DNA of 64,000 nucleotides from Rubrobacteraceae bacterium (lineage in GTDB: Bacteria; Actinomycetota; Rubrobacteria; Rubrobacterales; Rubrobacteraceae), in contig JBHJHC010000021.1 in the NCBI GenBank assembly GCA_050331175.1, forward strand, positions 7,206 to 71,205. The letters run 5' to 3'. The stretch's first letter is position 1, and the number at the start of each line of letters is the position of its first letter. The translations under genes and the position numbers were made by a program. Positions 26,519 to 35,091 of this stretch are shown here, piece by piece. The notes below the pieces were generated by a model. That model had not been told where the DNA came from. It saw only the letters and a list, made by a program, of their open reading frames with translations, and did no database searches.

Positions 26519-28107
26519 GGCATCTCCTCCAGGGTAACGGCGCGGGCGTCGATGAAACCGGGGAGGCCCAACAGCCGGTCTATAACTTCTTGCGTGACGG
26601 GCTCATCCACGGTAACGGCCATCGCGGCCCGGGATCCGGGCTCTCCGCGGCCCACGGCCATGTTGCCGATATTTATACCGTATTCTCCCAGAGTGGTTCC
26701 GACTTTTCCGATCATACCGGGCACGTCTTCGTTTCGGACGAAGAGCATTTGCCTTTCGGGCGTCACGTCCATATCGAAGCCCATCGCCCCGATAAGCCGG
26801 GGCTGGTACCGGGGCCCGTAGAGCGTGCCGCTAACCACGCTCTCTCCTTCCCCGCTTTCCAGGCTCAGCACTACCAGGTTTGTAAAGTCCGAGCTCTCCG
26901 AGGTCTTCGCCGTTTCGACCCTCATGCCCCGGTCCCGGGCGAGCGCCGGGGTGTTGACGAAGTTGAGCGGCTCGTGAACCATCGGGGACAGGAGACCCAT
27001 GAGGGCCGAGACGTCCAGCAGCCGGGTGTCGAAGCCGGCGATCTCACCGTGGTACTCGATGCGCAGGTGGTTGCCCGGGTTGTCGGTGAGCTGGTAGAGC
27101 AGGTTCCCGAGCGCGTGGCACAACCCCGAGAACCGGGACACGAACTCGGCCCCCTCGCCCATAGGGACCGGCGCGTTTATGGCGTGTATCGGCACCGCGC
27201 CCCGTAACACCGTGGCCACCTGCTCCGCGGCCGTGACCCCCGCCCGGTCCTGCGCCTCGGCCGTGCTCGCCCCCAGATGTGGCGTGACCACGACGTTCGG
27301 CAGGCCGAATATCGGGGAGTCGGTGACCGGCTCCTCGGCGTAAACGTCGAGGGCTGCGCCGGCGATCCGGCCTTCCTTGAGCGCGACGTAGAGGTCGGTC
27401 TCGTCCACGATGCCGCCCCGGGCGACGTTTACGAGGTACGCGGTAGACTTCATCTTCTCTAGCGCCTCGGTCCCGATCATACCGGCCGTCTGCGGCGTGC
27501 GCGGGACGTGCAGCGAGATGAAGTCCGCGTTCTCCAATACCTCGTCCACGTCTTCGGCCTTCTCGACGTTCATGGAGCGAATTCGATCTTCGGCGACGTA
27601 GGGATCGTAGGCGATAACCCGCATTCCCATACCTAATGCCCCGCGGGCGACGATCGCGCCGACGTGCCCCAGGCCGATGAGGCCGAGCGTCTTGCCCGAC
27701 ACCTCGACGCCCTTGAAATCGCCCCGCTTCCATTCGCCGCTCCGCAACGACTGGTCCGCCGCCGGTATGTGCCGGGCCGCCGCGAGCATCAACCCTAGGG
27801 TGTGTTCCGCGGCGGCTACCGTGTTGCTCTCGGGGGCGTTGGCGACCAGGATGCCGCGTTTCGTGGCAGCTTCGATGTCTATGTTGTCCACGCCGATACC
27901 GGCCCGCCCGATGGCCTTGAGCCTGGTCGCGGCCTCTATAACCTCGCCGGTAACCTTGGTGGCGCTGCGGATTATCAGGCCGTCGTAGTCTTTGATCTTC
28001 TCTAGAAGCTCTTCCGGCGAGAGCCCGAGCAGCACATCTACCTCGAAATCCTGCTCCAGAAACTCTACGCCGCGATCAGCCAACTTCTCGCTTACGAGAA
28101 TTTTCAC
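26515..28107 (-). CDS. serA: D-3-phosphoglycerate dehydrogenase (long form with ASB/ACT domains)
   Basis: VKILVSEKL..., the NAD site GLIGLGHVGAIVA, and the catalytic RGGIVDE...HLGAST. The GTG at 28107 overlaps the upstream stop (GTGA). The 616-aa ORF in the track is an artefactual N-terminal extension. Confidence 0.9.
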   Translation of the reverse strand: MKILVSEKLADRGVEFLEQDFEVDVLLGLSPEELLEKIKDYDGLIIRSATKVTGEVIEAATRLKAIGRAGIGVDNIDIEAATKRGILVANAPESNTVAAAEHTLGLMLAAARHIPAADQSLRSGEWKRGDFKGVEVSGKTLGLIGLGHVGAIVARGALGMGMRVIAYDPYVAEDRIRSMNVEKAEDVDEVLENADFISLHVPRTPQTAGMIGTEALEKMKSTAYLVNVARGGIVDETDLYVALKEGRIAGAALDVYAEEPVTDSPIFGLPNVVVTPHLGASTAEAQDRAGVTAAEQVATVLRGAVPIHAINAPVPMGEGAEFVSRFSGLCHALGNLLYQLTDNPGNHLRIEYHGEIAGFDTRLLDVSALMGLLSPMVHEPLNFVNTPALARDRGMRVETAKTSESSDFTNLVVLSLESGEGESVVSGTLYGPRYQPRLIGAMGFDMDVTPERQMLFVRNEDVPGMIGKVGTTLGEYGINIGNMAVGRGEPGSRAAMAVTVDEPVTQEVIDRLLGLPGFIDARAVTLEEMP

Positions 28108-29261
28108 GCTACCACACCACTCTTGGCGAAGACCTTCTGGGCAGCCCCGACACCCTGGCCAAGCTCGACCGGGTGATCCAGGGCCTCCAACGCCAGCTCC
28201 GCGGCGGCGACGGTGGCGATGATGTCGTAGGCGTCGAAGTATCCGCAATGTCCCATGCGCCAGATCCTGCCGGCCATCTCTCCCTGGCCGCCGGTGACCT
28301 GTATCCCGTGCTCCCGGAACATGCGGCGAACCAGTTCTTTGCCGTCCACGCCGTCCGGCACCCACGAAGCGGTGACCGCCGCGTTGAGATCCTCGTCCGG
28401 CCCAAACAGCCGGAGCCCCATGCCTTTTACGCCTTCCCGGGCCGCCCGCCCGAGCAAGACGTGGCGCTCGAAAACGTTCTCGACGCCCTCATCCAGTATC
28501 TGCCGCAGCGCCAGGTCTAGCTGGACGATGAGGCTGACCGCGGGGGTCCACGCCGTCTGAGGCGGATTCTTCTCGAAGGCTTTCCTCGCCGCCGTCCAGT
28601 CGAAGTAGAAGCGCGGCATCCGGCTCTCCTCGTGCGCCTTCCACGCCCGCTCGCTGATGCTCGCGAAACCCAGTCCCGGCGGGATCATCAAGGCCTTCTG
28701 GCTTCCCGCCACCACCACGTCCACACCCCAATCGTCGGTCCGCAGCTCGCAGGCCCCGAGCCCGCTTACCGCGTCTACGATGGACACCACGTTCTCGGTG
28801 GCCTTCGCGAAGCCCTCGATGTCGTTGACCGTTCCGGTCGAAGTCTCGGAGAGCACGCACATGGCGCCCTTGATCTCCGGGTCCCCGGCGAGCTTCTCGG
28901 CTATCTCCTCGTTGTCGGCCTTGACTCCCCAGTCGTACTTGATCTCGGTGACTTCGAGCCCGAATGCCTGGCTCATTTTGACCCATCGATTCCCGAAGTT
29001 GCCGCTGTTCACAACGAGCACCCTGTCTCCCGGCGTGAAAAGGTTCTGGATGGCGCCCTCGAATACACCCGTTCCGCTGGCGGCGTAGGTGAAGACGTCG
29101 TTCTCGGTCAAGAACACTTGTTTGAGACCGTCGTTCACCCGCGAAAATATCTCGCCGAACTCCGGCGTCCGGTGGTGGATAACGGGTAATGCCCCGGCAG
29201 CCGAAACCTCCGGCGGTACGGGGGTCGGGCCGGGCGACATAAGACGGTACTTGTTCATCAT
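28104..29261 (-). CDS. Class V PLP aminotransferase (serine-glyoxylate / phosphoserine aminotransferase-like)
   Basis: MMNKYRLMSPGPTPVPPEV..., and the PLP-lysine block GSQKALMIPPGLGF. It is translationally coupled to serA. The start is at the ATG ATG at 29261; the track ORF to 29630 is over-extended. Confidence 0.8.
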   Translation of the reverse strand: MMNKYRLMSPGPTPVPPEVSAAGALPVIHHRTPEFGEIFSRVNDGLKQVFLTENDVFTYAASGTGVFEGAIQNLFTPGDRVLVVNSGNFGNRWVKMSQAFGLEVTEIKYDWGVKADNEEIAEKLAGDPEIKGAMCVLSETSTGTVNDIEGFAKATENVVSIVDAVSGLGACELRTDDWGVDVVVAGSQKALMIPPGLGFASISERAWKAHEESRMPRFYFDWTAARKAFEKNPPQTAWTPAVSLIVQLDLALRQILDEGVENVFERHVLLGRAAREGVKGMGLRLFGPDEDLNAAVTASWVPDGVDGKELVRRMFREHGIQVTGGQGEMAGRIWRMGHCGYFDAYDIIATVAAAELALEALDHPVELGQGVGAAQKVFAKSGVVA

Positions 29262-29517
29262 GGGCTGGTAGTTCCTCTCGTTTTTGTCGAATAGCCGCTC
29301 TCTGCAACCTTTACAGTCTACCCACAATAGTTCGTATTGCCTACAAATCAGATCTATCTCTAACAAACTATGGCATTCGATTTCGAGACTCCACGGTCCG
29401 ATAGCACCGCTGGTCCCGGCTATGTAGCCTGAGGACCTCCACGATATCCACCAACCCGAATTCAGGCATAATTGGAGGCGTGAGAACAATATACCCGCAA
29501 AGAGAAAGGAAGTGGCG

Positions 29518-30081
29518 ATGAACCAGATGTCTACCCTGCCGACCTTTACCACCAGCTGGTGGGCGATCTCTCTCAGGGGACTGCTCGCCGCGATCTTCGG
29601 GTTCCTCGCCCTCATCTGGCCCGGAATCACGATCCTGGCGCTCGTCGTTCTCTTCGGGGCCTACGCCCTGGTAGACGGCATCTTCGCCATAGTGGCCGCC
29701 GCCCGCGGGGCTGGCAGCCGGTGGTGGCTGGTGCTCGAAGGAGTGGTAGGGGTGCTGGCCGGCATTATCGCCTTTGCCTGGCCGGGTATCACGGCGCTGG
29801 CTTTATTGTACGTGATCGCCTTCTGGGCCATAATCACCGGGGTCCTGAAGGTGATCATGGCGATCTTCTTGAGACGCGAGATAGAGCGGGAATGGCTGAT
29901 GATCGCCAGCGGGGGGCTGTCGGTCATATTCGGTGTGATCCTCGCCGTGTTGCCAGCGGTAGGGCTCTTGTCTCTGGTATGGCTCGTAGGTTTGTACGCT
30001 ATCTTGCTCGGAGTAGCGTTAATGGTGTTTGGTTTCTGGGTGAGAGGCCAGCAGCATTCCGGGCGGAGCCGGGTTAGGTAG
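29518..30081 (+). CDS. HdeD-family (DUF308) acid-resistance membrane protein
   Basis: Repeated WW/GI-rich TM helices: WWAISLRGLLAAIFGFLALIWPGITILALVVLFGAYALVDGIF. The ATG at 29518 has AAGGAAG 5 nt upstream. Confidence 0.75.
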   Translation: MNQMSTLPTFTTSWWAISLRGLLAAIFGFLALIWPGITILALVVLFGAYALVDGIFAIVAAARGAGSRWWLVLEGVVGVLAGIIAFAWPGITALALLYVIAFWAIITGVLKVIMAIFLRREIEREWLMIASGGLSVIFGVILAVLPAVGLLSLVWLVGLYAILLGVALMVFGFWVRGQQHSGRSRVR

Positions 30082-30169
30082 CGGAGGCGGCCGTTGGTTG
30101 TCCAGCCACCCGCTGGACGGTCGAAGGCTACAGCCGGATAAGGCAAGCTCCCTGCGCGAGGCATAGGTT

Positions 30170-31354
30170 ATGACGGACGAAAACCGGGAGGCCGGCGAGC
30201 AGCCCCAAGAAGGCCCGGAGACCAACGGGAATGGGATGGACGGTGAACGGTCCGATCCCCCGGATCGCCCGCCGTCGTGGTGGCGGCAGCTGGCAGAACG
30301 TACGGTAAGCACCACCGACGAGCGCCGGCGGGAGGTCATGGAAGAGCTCCTCCCGGAGGGCGCAGCGTTGAGGAGCTACGTTTTCCGTTTCATCATCCTG
30401 CAATCTCTGGCCGTGCTTATAGCACTCTTCGGGCTGCTCACCGACTCGGCCGCGGTGGTTATCGGGGCGATGCTCGTGGCGCCGCTCATGCGTCCGGTGC
30501 TCGGTATCGCCGCGTCGCTCGTTACGGGCCGTCCGATACGGCGGGGAGCTTCGTATCTGATAGTTCTGGGTGCCAGCGTTGGGTCCGTATTTCTAGCCTG
30601 GGCAGTAACGAAGCTGTTGCCGATCCAGTTCGCCACCTCTCTACCGGGGGAGATACTGGCCCGCACGGGACCGGGGTTGCTGGACCTCGGCATAGCCCTC
30701 GCCGCGGGGGCCGCAGGGGCTTACGCGCTGGTGAGGCGGGAGGTAAGCGACGCTTTGCCCGGCGTGGCCGTGGCCGTGGCGCTGGTGCCGCCGCTCGCTA
30801 CCGTGGGATCTACCTTCGCGCTCGGCAGGCCGGACCTCGCGGCGGGAGCCCTGCTGCTCTATCTCACCAACCTCACGGCCATAGTGCTGGTCGGAGCCGT
30901 CGTGTTCGTCCTCACGGGCTTCGCCCCCAGAAGCCACGTCGTCCGGACGCAGCGTCAGGTCCGGCGCAGGATGATCTACGCCGTTATCCTCGTGGGAGCC
31001 ATCTCGATACCGCTTCTGTTGCACACCATAGTGGAAACGGCCGAGCAATGGGACACCGGACAGGCAACGGAAGAGGTGGATCAGTGGCTCCAGGGTACCA
31101 ACCTCCGCGCCACCCGAATAAACGCCTCTTTCGAGGCTGCCAGGCTTGATGCGTTCTTCGACGGAGAAGACTCTGGGACCGGCGTGGCAAACATCTCGGT
31201 CATCAACCGGGTGGTGGTAGACGTGACCGGACCCGACCCACCACCGCCCGTGGAGAACCTGGCGGCAGCGCTGGCAAAGCGGCATGGAGATAGAGTGAAG
31301 GTCGAGGTCCGTTGGACAAAGAGCCGGGAGATTTCCGCAGAAGCGACCCCTTGA
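30170..31354 (+). CDS. DUF389-family membrane protein
   Basis: LLTDSAAVVIGAMLVAPLMRPVLGIA and ALPGVAVAVALVPPLATVG match the DUF389 hydrophobic repeats. Confidence 0.7.
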   Translation: MTDENREAGEQPQEGPETNGNGMDGERSDPPDRPPSWWRQLAERTVSTTDERRREVMEELLPEGAALRSYVFRFIILQSLAVLIALFGLLTDSAAVVIGAMLVAPLMRPVLGIAASLVTGRPIRRGASYLIVLGASVGSVFLAWAVTKLLPIQFATSLPGEILARTGPGLLDLGIALAAGAAGAYALVRREVSDALPGVAVAVALVPPLATVGSTFALGRPDLAAGALLLYLTNLTAIVLVGAVVFVLTGFAPRSHVVRTQRQVRRRMIYAVILVGAISIPLLLHTIVETAEQWDTGQATEEVDQWLQGTNLRATRINASFEAARLDAFFDGEDSGTGVANISVINRVVVDVTGPDPPPPVENLAAALAKRHGDRVKVEVRWTKSREISAEATP

Positions 31355-31424
31355 CCGGCCCTCCCACCCAAGATGGCGCTGCTCGACGGATGTTACTGAT
31401 TCAGGGCACCGTCATGCCGGAACG

Positions 31425-32636
31425 CTAGCCGAAACCGGCTCCCGCTAGCGCGGGCAGGGCCGAACGCGCGTAGCGGGCGGCATATCCGGCGGTGGAGTCG
31501 TTTGGGATCTCGTACGGGTCCCGGCTGCGGATCTCCGCCGGTTTCGTTCCCGCCCGGATGCGTTCCTCCTGCAAGTCCATGCGGAGAAAGTCTCCATCAC
31601 GCAGGCGGCCCACAATGCCTTTCTTCGCGGCTTCGGGGGCCACCAGAGAGATCCAGCTCCCCTTCGCCTCGTCCGGCGGCAGCCCGTCGGTGAGAACCGG
31701 TGTGCTCTCTGCGAGTTTCGCGCCATCCAGTACGCGGCCGAGCGCGTCAAGCTTCAGCAGCCCCGGCCCGCCCCGGGGTCCGCAGCCGCTCACGACGATC
31801 AGGTCGCCGGGCTCGATCTCTTCGTCCCGGACAGCCTGCACAGCTTCTTCTTCGGAGTAGAAAACCCGGCACTCACCGGCGATCTCCTCAGTCCCCGGTG
31901 GAACCTGGCAGATCGCCTTCGTCCCGGAAGCCTGGCCCTCCACGAACACCAGCCACGACCTTTCCTCCGGGATCGGGGGCGCAGAGGGTAAGGAATTCTT
32001 GATCCAACCCGTAACCGTTGGTACGTCATGCAGGTCCTCTCCCAGGTGAGAAAGCAGTTTTTCCGTTCCCTGTTCCTGAAACCACCCGGAGTGGGGAGGC
32101 GAGATCACCGGGGTCTCGGGGACGAGCACGCGCAGCATCCGGGAGAAACCCGAAACGTCACCTTCGCGGGCTATGGCGGAGAGATGGACTGCGAGCTCCG
32201 GGCCTCCTCCCATCGAAAGCCCGACCCGGAGGGCGTTGGCCAGGGAAAAATTTCCGACCAGTTCACCGAGACGGGGCTCCCCCTTCGCAGAAAGCTCGAC
32301 TATGACCTCCGCAACATCCTCTCTCGCCGGCACGACCCCGAGGGCCGTAAATGCGCCGCCGTAAGCGTCGCTCCTGCGGGCCACTACCGAAGGAAGGTCC
32401 AACCTCAAAGCCGCCAGGAACAACCCGACCAGTTCCTCGGGACGCCCGGCATCGATCAGCAGGGCGTCGAGCTCCGCGGAGCCCAGGTAGACTTCTACGG
32501 TATCCGAGATCCATTCGCGGGTGAGCATCACACCGCCGGCGGGGCACACCTCGGGCAAGCCGATCTCCACGGGCTCGCTACCGGCATCCCGGACCCTGTC
32601 CGCGTGGTTCGCGGTACAAACACCGATACGGGTCAC
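31425..32636 (-). CDS. Short, degenerate IlvD/Edd-dehydratase-fold protein (probable pseudoenzyme)
   Basis: 403 aa. It is collinear with IlvD blocks (LAALRLDLPSVV ~ LMAALRLNIPVIFV; GLSMGGGPELAVHL ~ AMGGSTNTVLHL; VVSGCGPRGGPGLLKL ~ VIRYEGPKGGPGMQEM; LVAPEAAKKGIVGRLRDGD ~ HVSPEAASGGSIGLIEDGD). It lacks the CDK, CPTCGSC and DGRFSG motifs. The GTG start is 3 nt after the gatB stop. Confidence 0.55.
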   Translation of the reverse strand: MTRIGVCTANHADRVRDAGSEPVEIGLPEVCPAGGVMLTREWISDTVEVYLGSAELDALLIDAGRPEELVGLFLAALRLDLPSVVARRSDAYGGAFTALGVVPAREDVAEVIVELSAKGEPRLGELVGNFSLANALRVGLSMGGGPELAVHLSAIAREGDVSGFSRMLRVLVPETPVISPPHSGWFQEQGTEKLLSHLGEDLHDVPTVTGWIKNSLPSAPPIPEERSWLVFVEGQASGTKAICQVPPGTEEIAGECRVFYSEEEAVQAVRDEEIEPGDLIVVSGCGPRGGPGLLKLDALGRVLDGAKLAESTPVLTDGLPPDEAKGSWISLVAPEAAKKGIVGRLRDGDFLRMDLQEERIRAGTKPAEIRSRDPYEIPNDSTAGYAARYARSALPALAGAGFG

Positions 32637-32639
32637 GGG

Positions 32640-34103
32640 TTAAGAGCCCAGTTTCTCCAGGATGAGCTGGCGCGCCCGGCCGCCATCGGCCCCGCCGCGG
32701 GTCGCCTTCATAACCTGGCCGATGAGGAAGCCGATCACCTTCTGGTCCCCACCCCGGACACGGTCCGCCTCCTCGGGGTTGGCCACGAGAACCTGATCCA
32801 CGACCGCCGATAGCTCGTCGCCTTTCATCTGCGCCAACCCTTCGCGCTCGACCACGGCGGCCGGAGACTCACCGCTGGTAAAGATCCGGTCCAGAACATC
32901 CTTCGCGGTAGCCCGCGAGATGGTCCCGTCGCCAACGAGCCCGAGCAACTCCGCCATCTGTTCCGGGGCGACCCGGGACTCGGAGACCTCCATTCCGGCC
33001 TCGTTTAGCCGGGCCTGGAGCTCGACCGTAATCCAGTTGGCGGCCTGCTTCGAGTCCACCCCGGAACCGCCGGCAACCGCTTCGTAGTAAGCGGCGAGGT
33101 CGCGATCCGCCGTCAGCACGCCGGCGTCGTACCCGGAGAGGCCGTACTGCTCCACGAAGCGGGCCCGCATCTCCTCCGGCAACTCGGGCAAACGGTTCTT
33201 AATCTCGCGAACCCACGCTTCGGTAAGCTCCAGCGGCAGCAGGTCCGGCTCCGGGAAGTACCGGTAGTCGTGGGCGTACTCCTTGCTGCGAAGCTCGTGA
33301 ACCTCGTCGGTCTCCGGGTCATAGTGGAGCGTGGTCTGCGTTACGCGCCCGCCGCCTTCCAGAATGTCCCGCTGGCGCTCCAGCTCCCTCGTGAGCCCCC
33401 GCTCGACAAAACGGAAAGAGTTCATGTTCTTCAACTCGGTCTTGGTGCCGAAAGAGCCGTCGGGGTTGCGGAGGCTGACGTTGGCGTCGCAGCGGAGCTG
33501 GCCCTTCTCCATGTCCGCCTCGGAAACGCCGATGGCCCGCAGGATCTCTTTGAGGTGGTTGGCCGTGGCGCGGGCGGCCTCCGGCGAGGTAATGTCCGGC
33601 TCGGTGACGATCTCCATCAGGGGCGTACCGCCCCGGTTATAGTCCACGAGCGAGCCGACCGAACCGTGCATCCGGCCCGATTCTCCGACGTGGACGTTCT
33701 TGGCGGCGTCCTCTTCGAGGTGCAGCCGGGTAATGCCGACCCGGACAGTCTCATCCCCGAGCGGCACGTCCAGGTGGCCGCCGGTACAAATCGGCAGGTC
33801 GAACTGGGAGATCTGGTACCCCTTCGGGAGGTCGGGGTAGAAGTAGTTCTTGCGCGCGAAAACCGCCCGGGGAGCTACGTCGCAGTTGAGCGCGAGACCC
33901 GCCATGACGCCGAGCTCCACGGCCTTCTCGTTGGCGACCGGCAGCGCGCCGGGGTGTCCGAGGCAGACCGGGCAAGTGTGCGTATTCGGCTCCTCACCAT
34001 AGGCTACCCGGCAACCACAGAACATCTTGGTCGTCGTCGCCAGGTGGACGTGAAACTCCAGCCCGATAACCGCCCGGTAGGTTCGTTTCTCTTGAACTTC
34101 CAA
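32640..34103 (-). CDS. gatB: Asp-tRNA(Asn)/Glu-tRNA(Gln) amidotransferase subunit B
   Basis: YRAVIGLEFHVHLATTTKMFCGC...NYFYPDLPKGYQISQ, plus a C-terminal YqeY-like tail. I prefer the TTG at 34103 (GAGGTG upstream). The ATG at 34145 lies inside a promoter-like palindrome and the track start at 34367 is over-extended. Confidence 0.9.
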   Translation of the reverse strand: MEVQEKRTYRAVIGLEFHVHLATTTKMFCGCRVAYGEEPNTHTCPVCLGHPGALPVANEKAVELGVMAGLALNCDVAPRAVFARKNYFYPDLPKGYQISQFDLPICTGGHLDVPLGDETVRVGITRLHLEEDAAKNVHVGESGRMHGSVGSLVDYNRGGTPLMEIVTEPDITSPEAARATANHLKEILRAIGVSEADMEKGQLRCDANVSLRNPDGSFGTKTELKNMNSFRFVERGLTRELERQRDILEGGGRVTQTTLHYDPETDEVHELRSKEYAHDYRYFPEPDLLPLELTEAWVREIKNRLPELPEEMRARFVEQYGLSGYDAGVLTADRDLAAYYEAVAGGSGVDSKQAANWITVELQARLNEAGMEVSESRVAPEQMAELLGLVGDGTISRATAKDVLDRIFTSGESPAAVVEREGLAQMKGDELSAVVDQVLVANPEEADRVRGGDQKVIGFLIGQVMKATRGGADGGRARQLILEKLGS

Positions 34104-34142
34104 GTAAGTGCACCTCGCGTTTTCACCTGCTGTGACAGAGTT

Positions 34143-34173
34143 CATTCTAGCATTGTGGGTGAATGCTAGAATG
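34143..34173. promoter_or_regulatory. Perfect 12-bp inverted repeat carrying two back-to-back extended -10-like elements (TGCTAGAAT on each strand)
   Basis: CATTCTAGCATT-gtgggtg-AATGCTAGAATG. It lies in the divergent gatB / FHA-GGDEF intergenic region. Confidence 0.4.
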
Positions 34174-34238
34174 GGTCTCATCATCCTGGAAAGGTAGCAA
34201 AGGAGGAGGACATCTCGGAGGGTGGGCAGCCGCACCTG

Positions 34239-35048
34239 GTGGTGCTGCAAGGGCCGAGCTTCGGTGACATCTACTATCTTGAGGGCGAGCCGCTCGTTCT
34301 CGGCAGCAATCCTTTCCAGGCAGACATCGTGGTTCGGGACGTGGAGGTCGAACCGGAACACGTTCAACTCTACAGTGGCGGACCAGGCTACGTCGTTAAG
34401 GATCTCAGTACCGGGAAGCCAACTTTCATAAACGGAGATCGTGTGGCAGAGCCTCTCCCCGTGCGCTCTGGAGACCGTATTTTCGTCGGAAATAGCATTC
34501 TGGAGTTTGTGGACCAGGACCCCCTAAAAGAGCAGTTCCACAAGAAAATACAACGGATGATCAACCAGGACTACCTGACAGGCCTGCTCGCCAAAAACCG
34601 CTTTGATGAGAGGTTCGAGCAAACCCTGGAAATCTGTCAGGAGAACGAGAGTATATTGAGCGTCTTGATGGCCGACATAGACAACCTCAAGAAGATAAAC
34701 GACTCCTACGGACACCTGCTGGGCGAGTTCGTGGTGGGCGAGATCGGGCGCATCATCCACGATTGTCTGGAATCCGAAGAGTTCTTCGCGAGCCGCTTTG
34801 GAGGCGATGAGTACCAGGCGATCCTGCCCGGCCTTACCAAAGACGAAGCCACCGAAATCGCCGAGGAGATCCGCCACAGCATCGAAGAGTTTACGTTCGA
34901 GCACGAAGGCGCTTACGCGAACCCGACTCTTTCCCTGGGCGTCGCCTCCTATCCCGAGGACGGGGACAACCGGGACAAGCTCACCCATTCCGCCGACAAA
35001 GCTCTCTACCGGGCGAAGCACGCCGGCGGCAACTCGGTTTCTCAATAG
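34239..35048 (+). CDS. FHA-domain diguanylate cyclase (GGDEF domain with a GGDEY variant)
   Basis: The N-terminus is an FHA domain (LVLGSNP.ADIVV.D..V...H..L....GYVVKDLSTGKPTFING). The C-terminus is a GGDEF domain (DYLTGL..R, ADIDNLKKINDSYGH, RFGGDEYQAIL). The exact start is uncertain: a strong AGGAGGAGG lies at 34201-34209. Confidence 0.8.
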   Translation: MVLQGPSFGDIYYLEGEPLVLGSNPFQADIVVRDVEVEPEHVQLYSGGPGYVVKDLSTGKPTFINGDRVAEPLPVRSGDRIFVGNSILEFVDQDPLKEQFHKKIQRMINQDYLTGLLAKNRFDERFEQTLEICQENESILSVLMADIDNLKKINDSYGHLLGEFVVGEIGRIIHDCLESEEFFASRFGGDEYQAILPGLTKDEATEIAEEIRHSIEEFTFEHEGAYANPTLSLGVASYPEDGDNRDKLTHSADKALYRAKHAGGNSVSQ

Positions 35049-35091
35049 CCCGCCGCGCCAGGATGAGGTCCGGCCGGTAGAACGCCGGCGG

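Noticed and set aside
26515-28365. 86-codon N-terminal extension of serA in the ORF track, and the 123-codon extension of the aminotransferase (28104-29630).
   Set aside because: The extensions are Arg/Gly/His-rich or run through an AT-rich divergent promoter region. They overlap neighbouring genes. Canonical N-termini with GTGA or RBS-supported starts exist downstream.
29262-29517. AT-rich 250-bp divergent region between the aminotransferase and hdeD. I examined it for a riboswitch, T-box or glycine element because it precedes serine-biosynthesis genes.
   Set aside because: I could not find T-box (GGUGGUACCGCG-like) or glycine-riboswitch core motifs in the right orientation and position. 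It is most simply a divergent promoter region. A cmsearch against all of Rfam would settle it.
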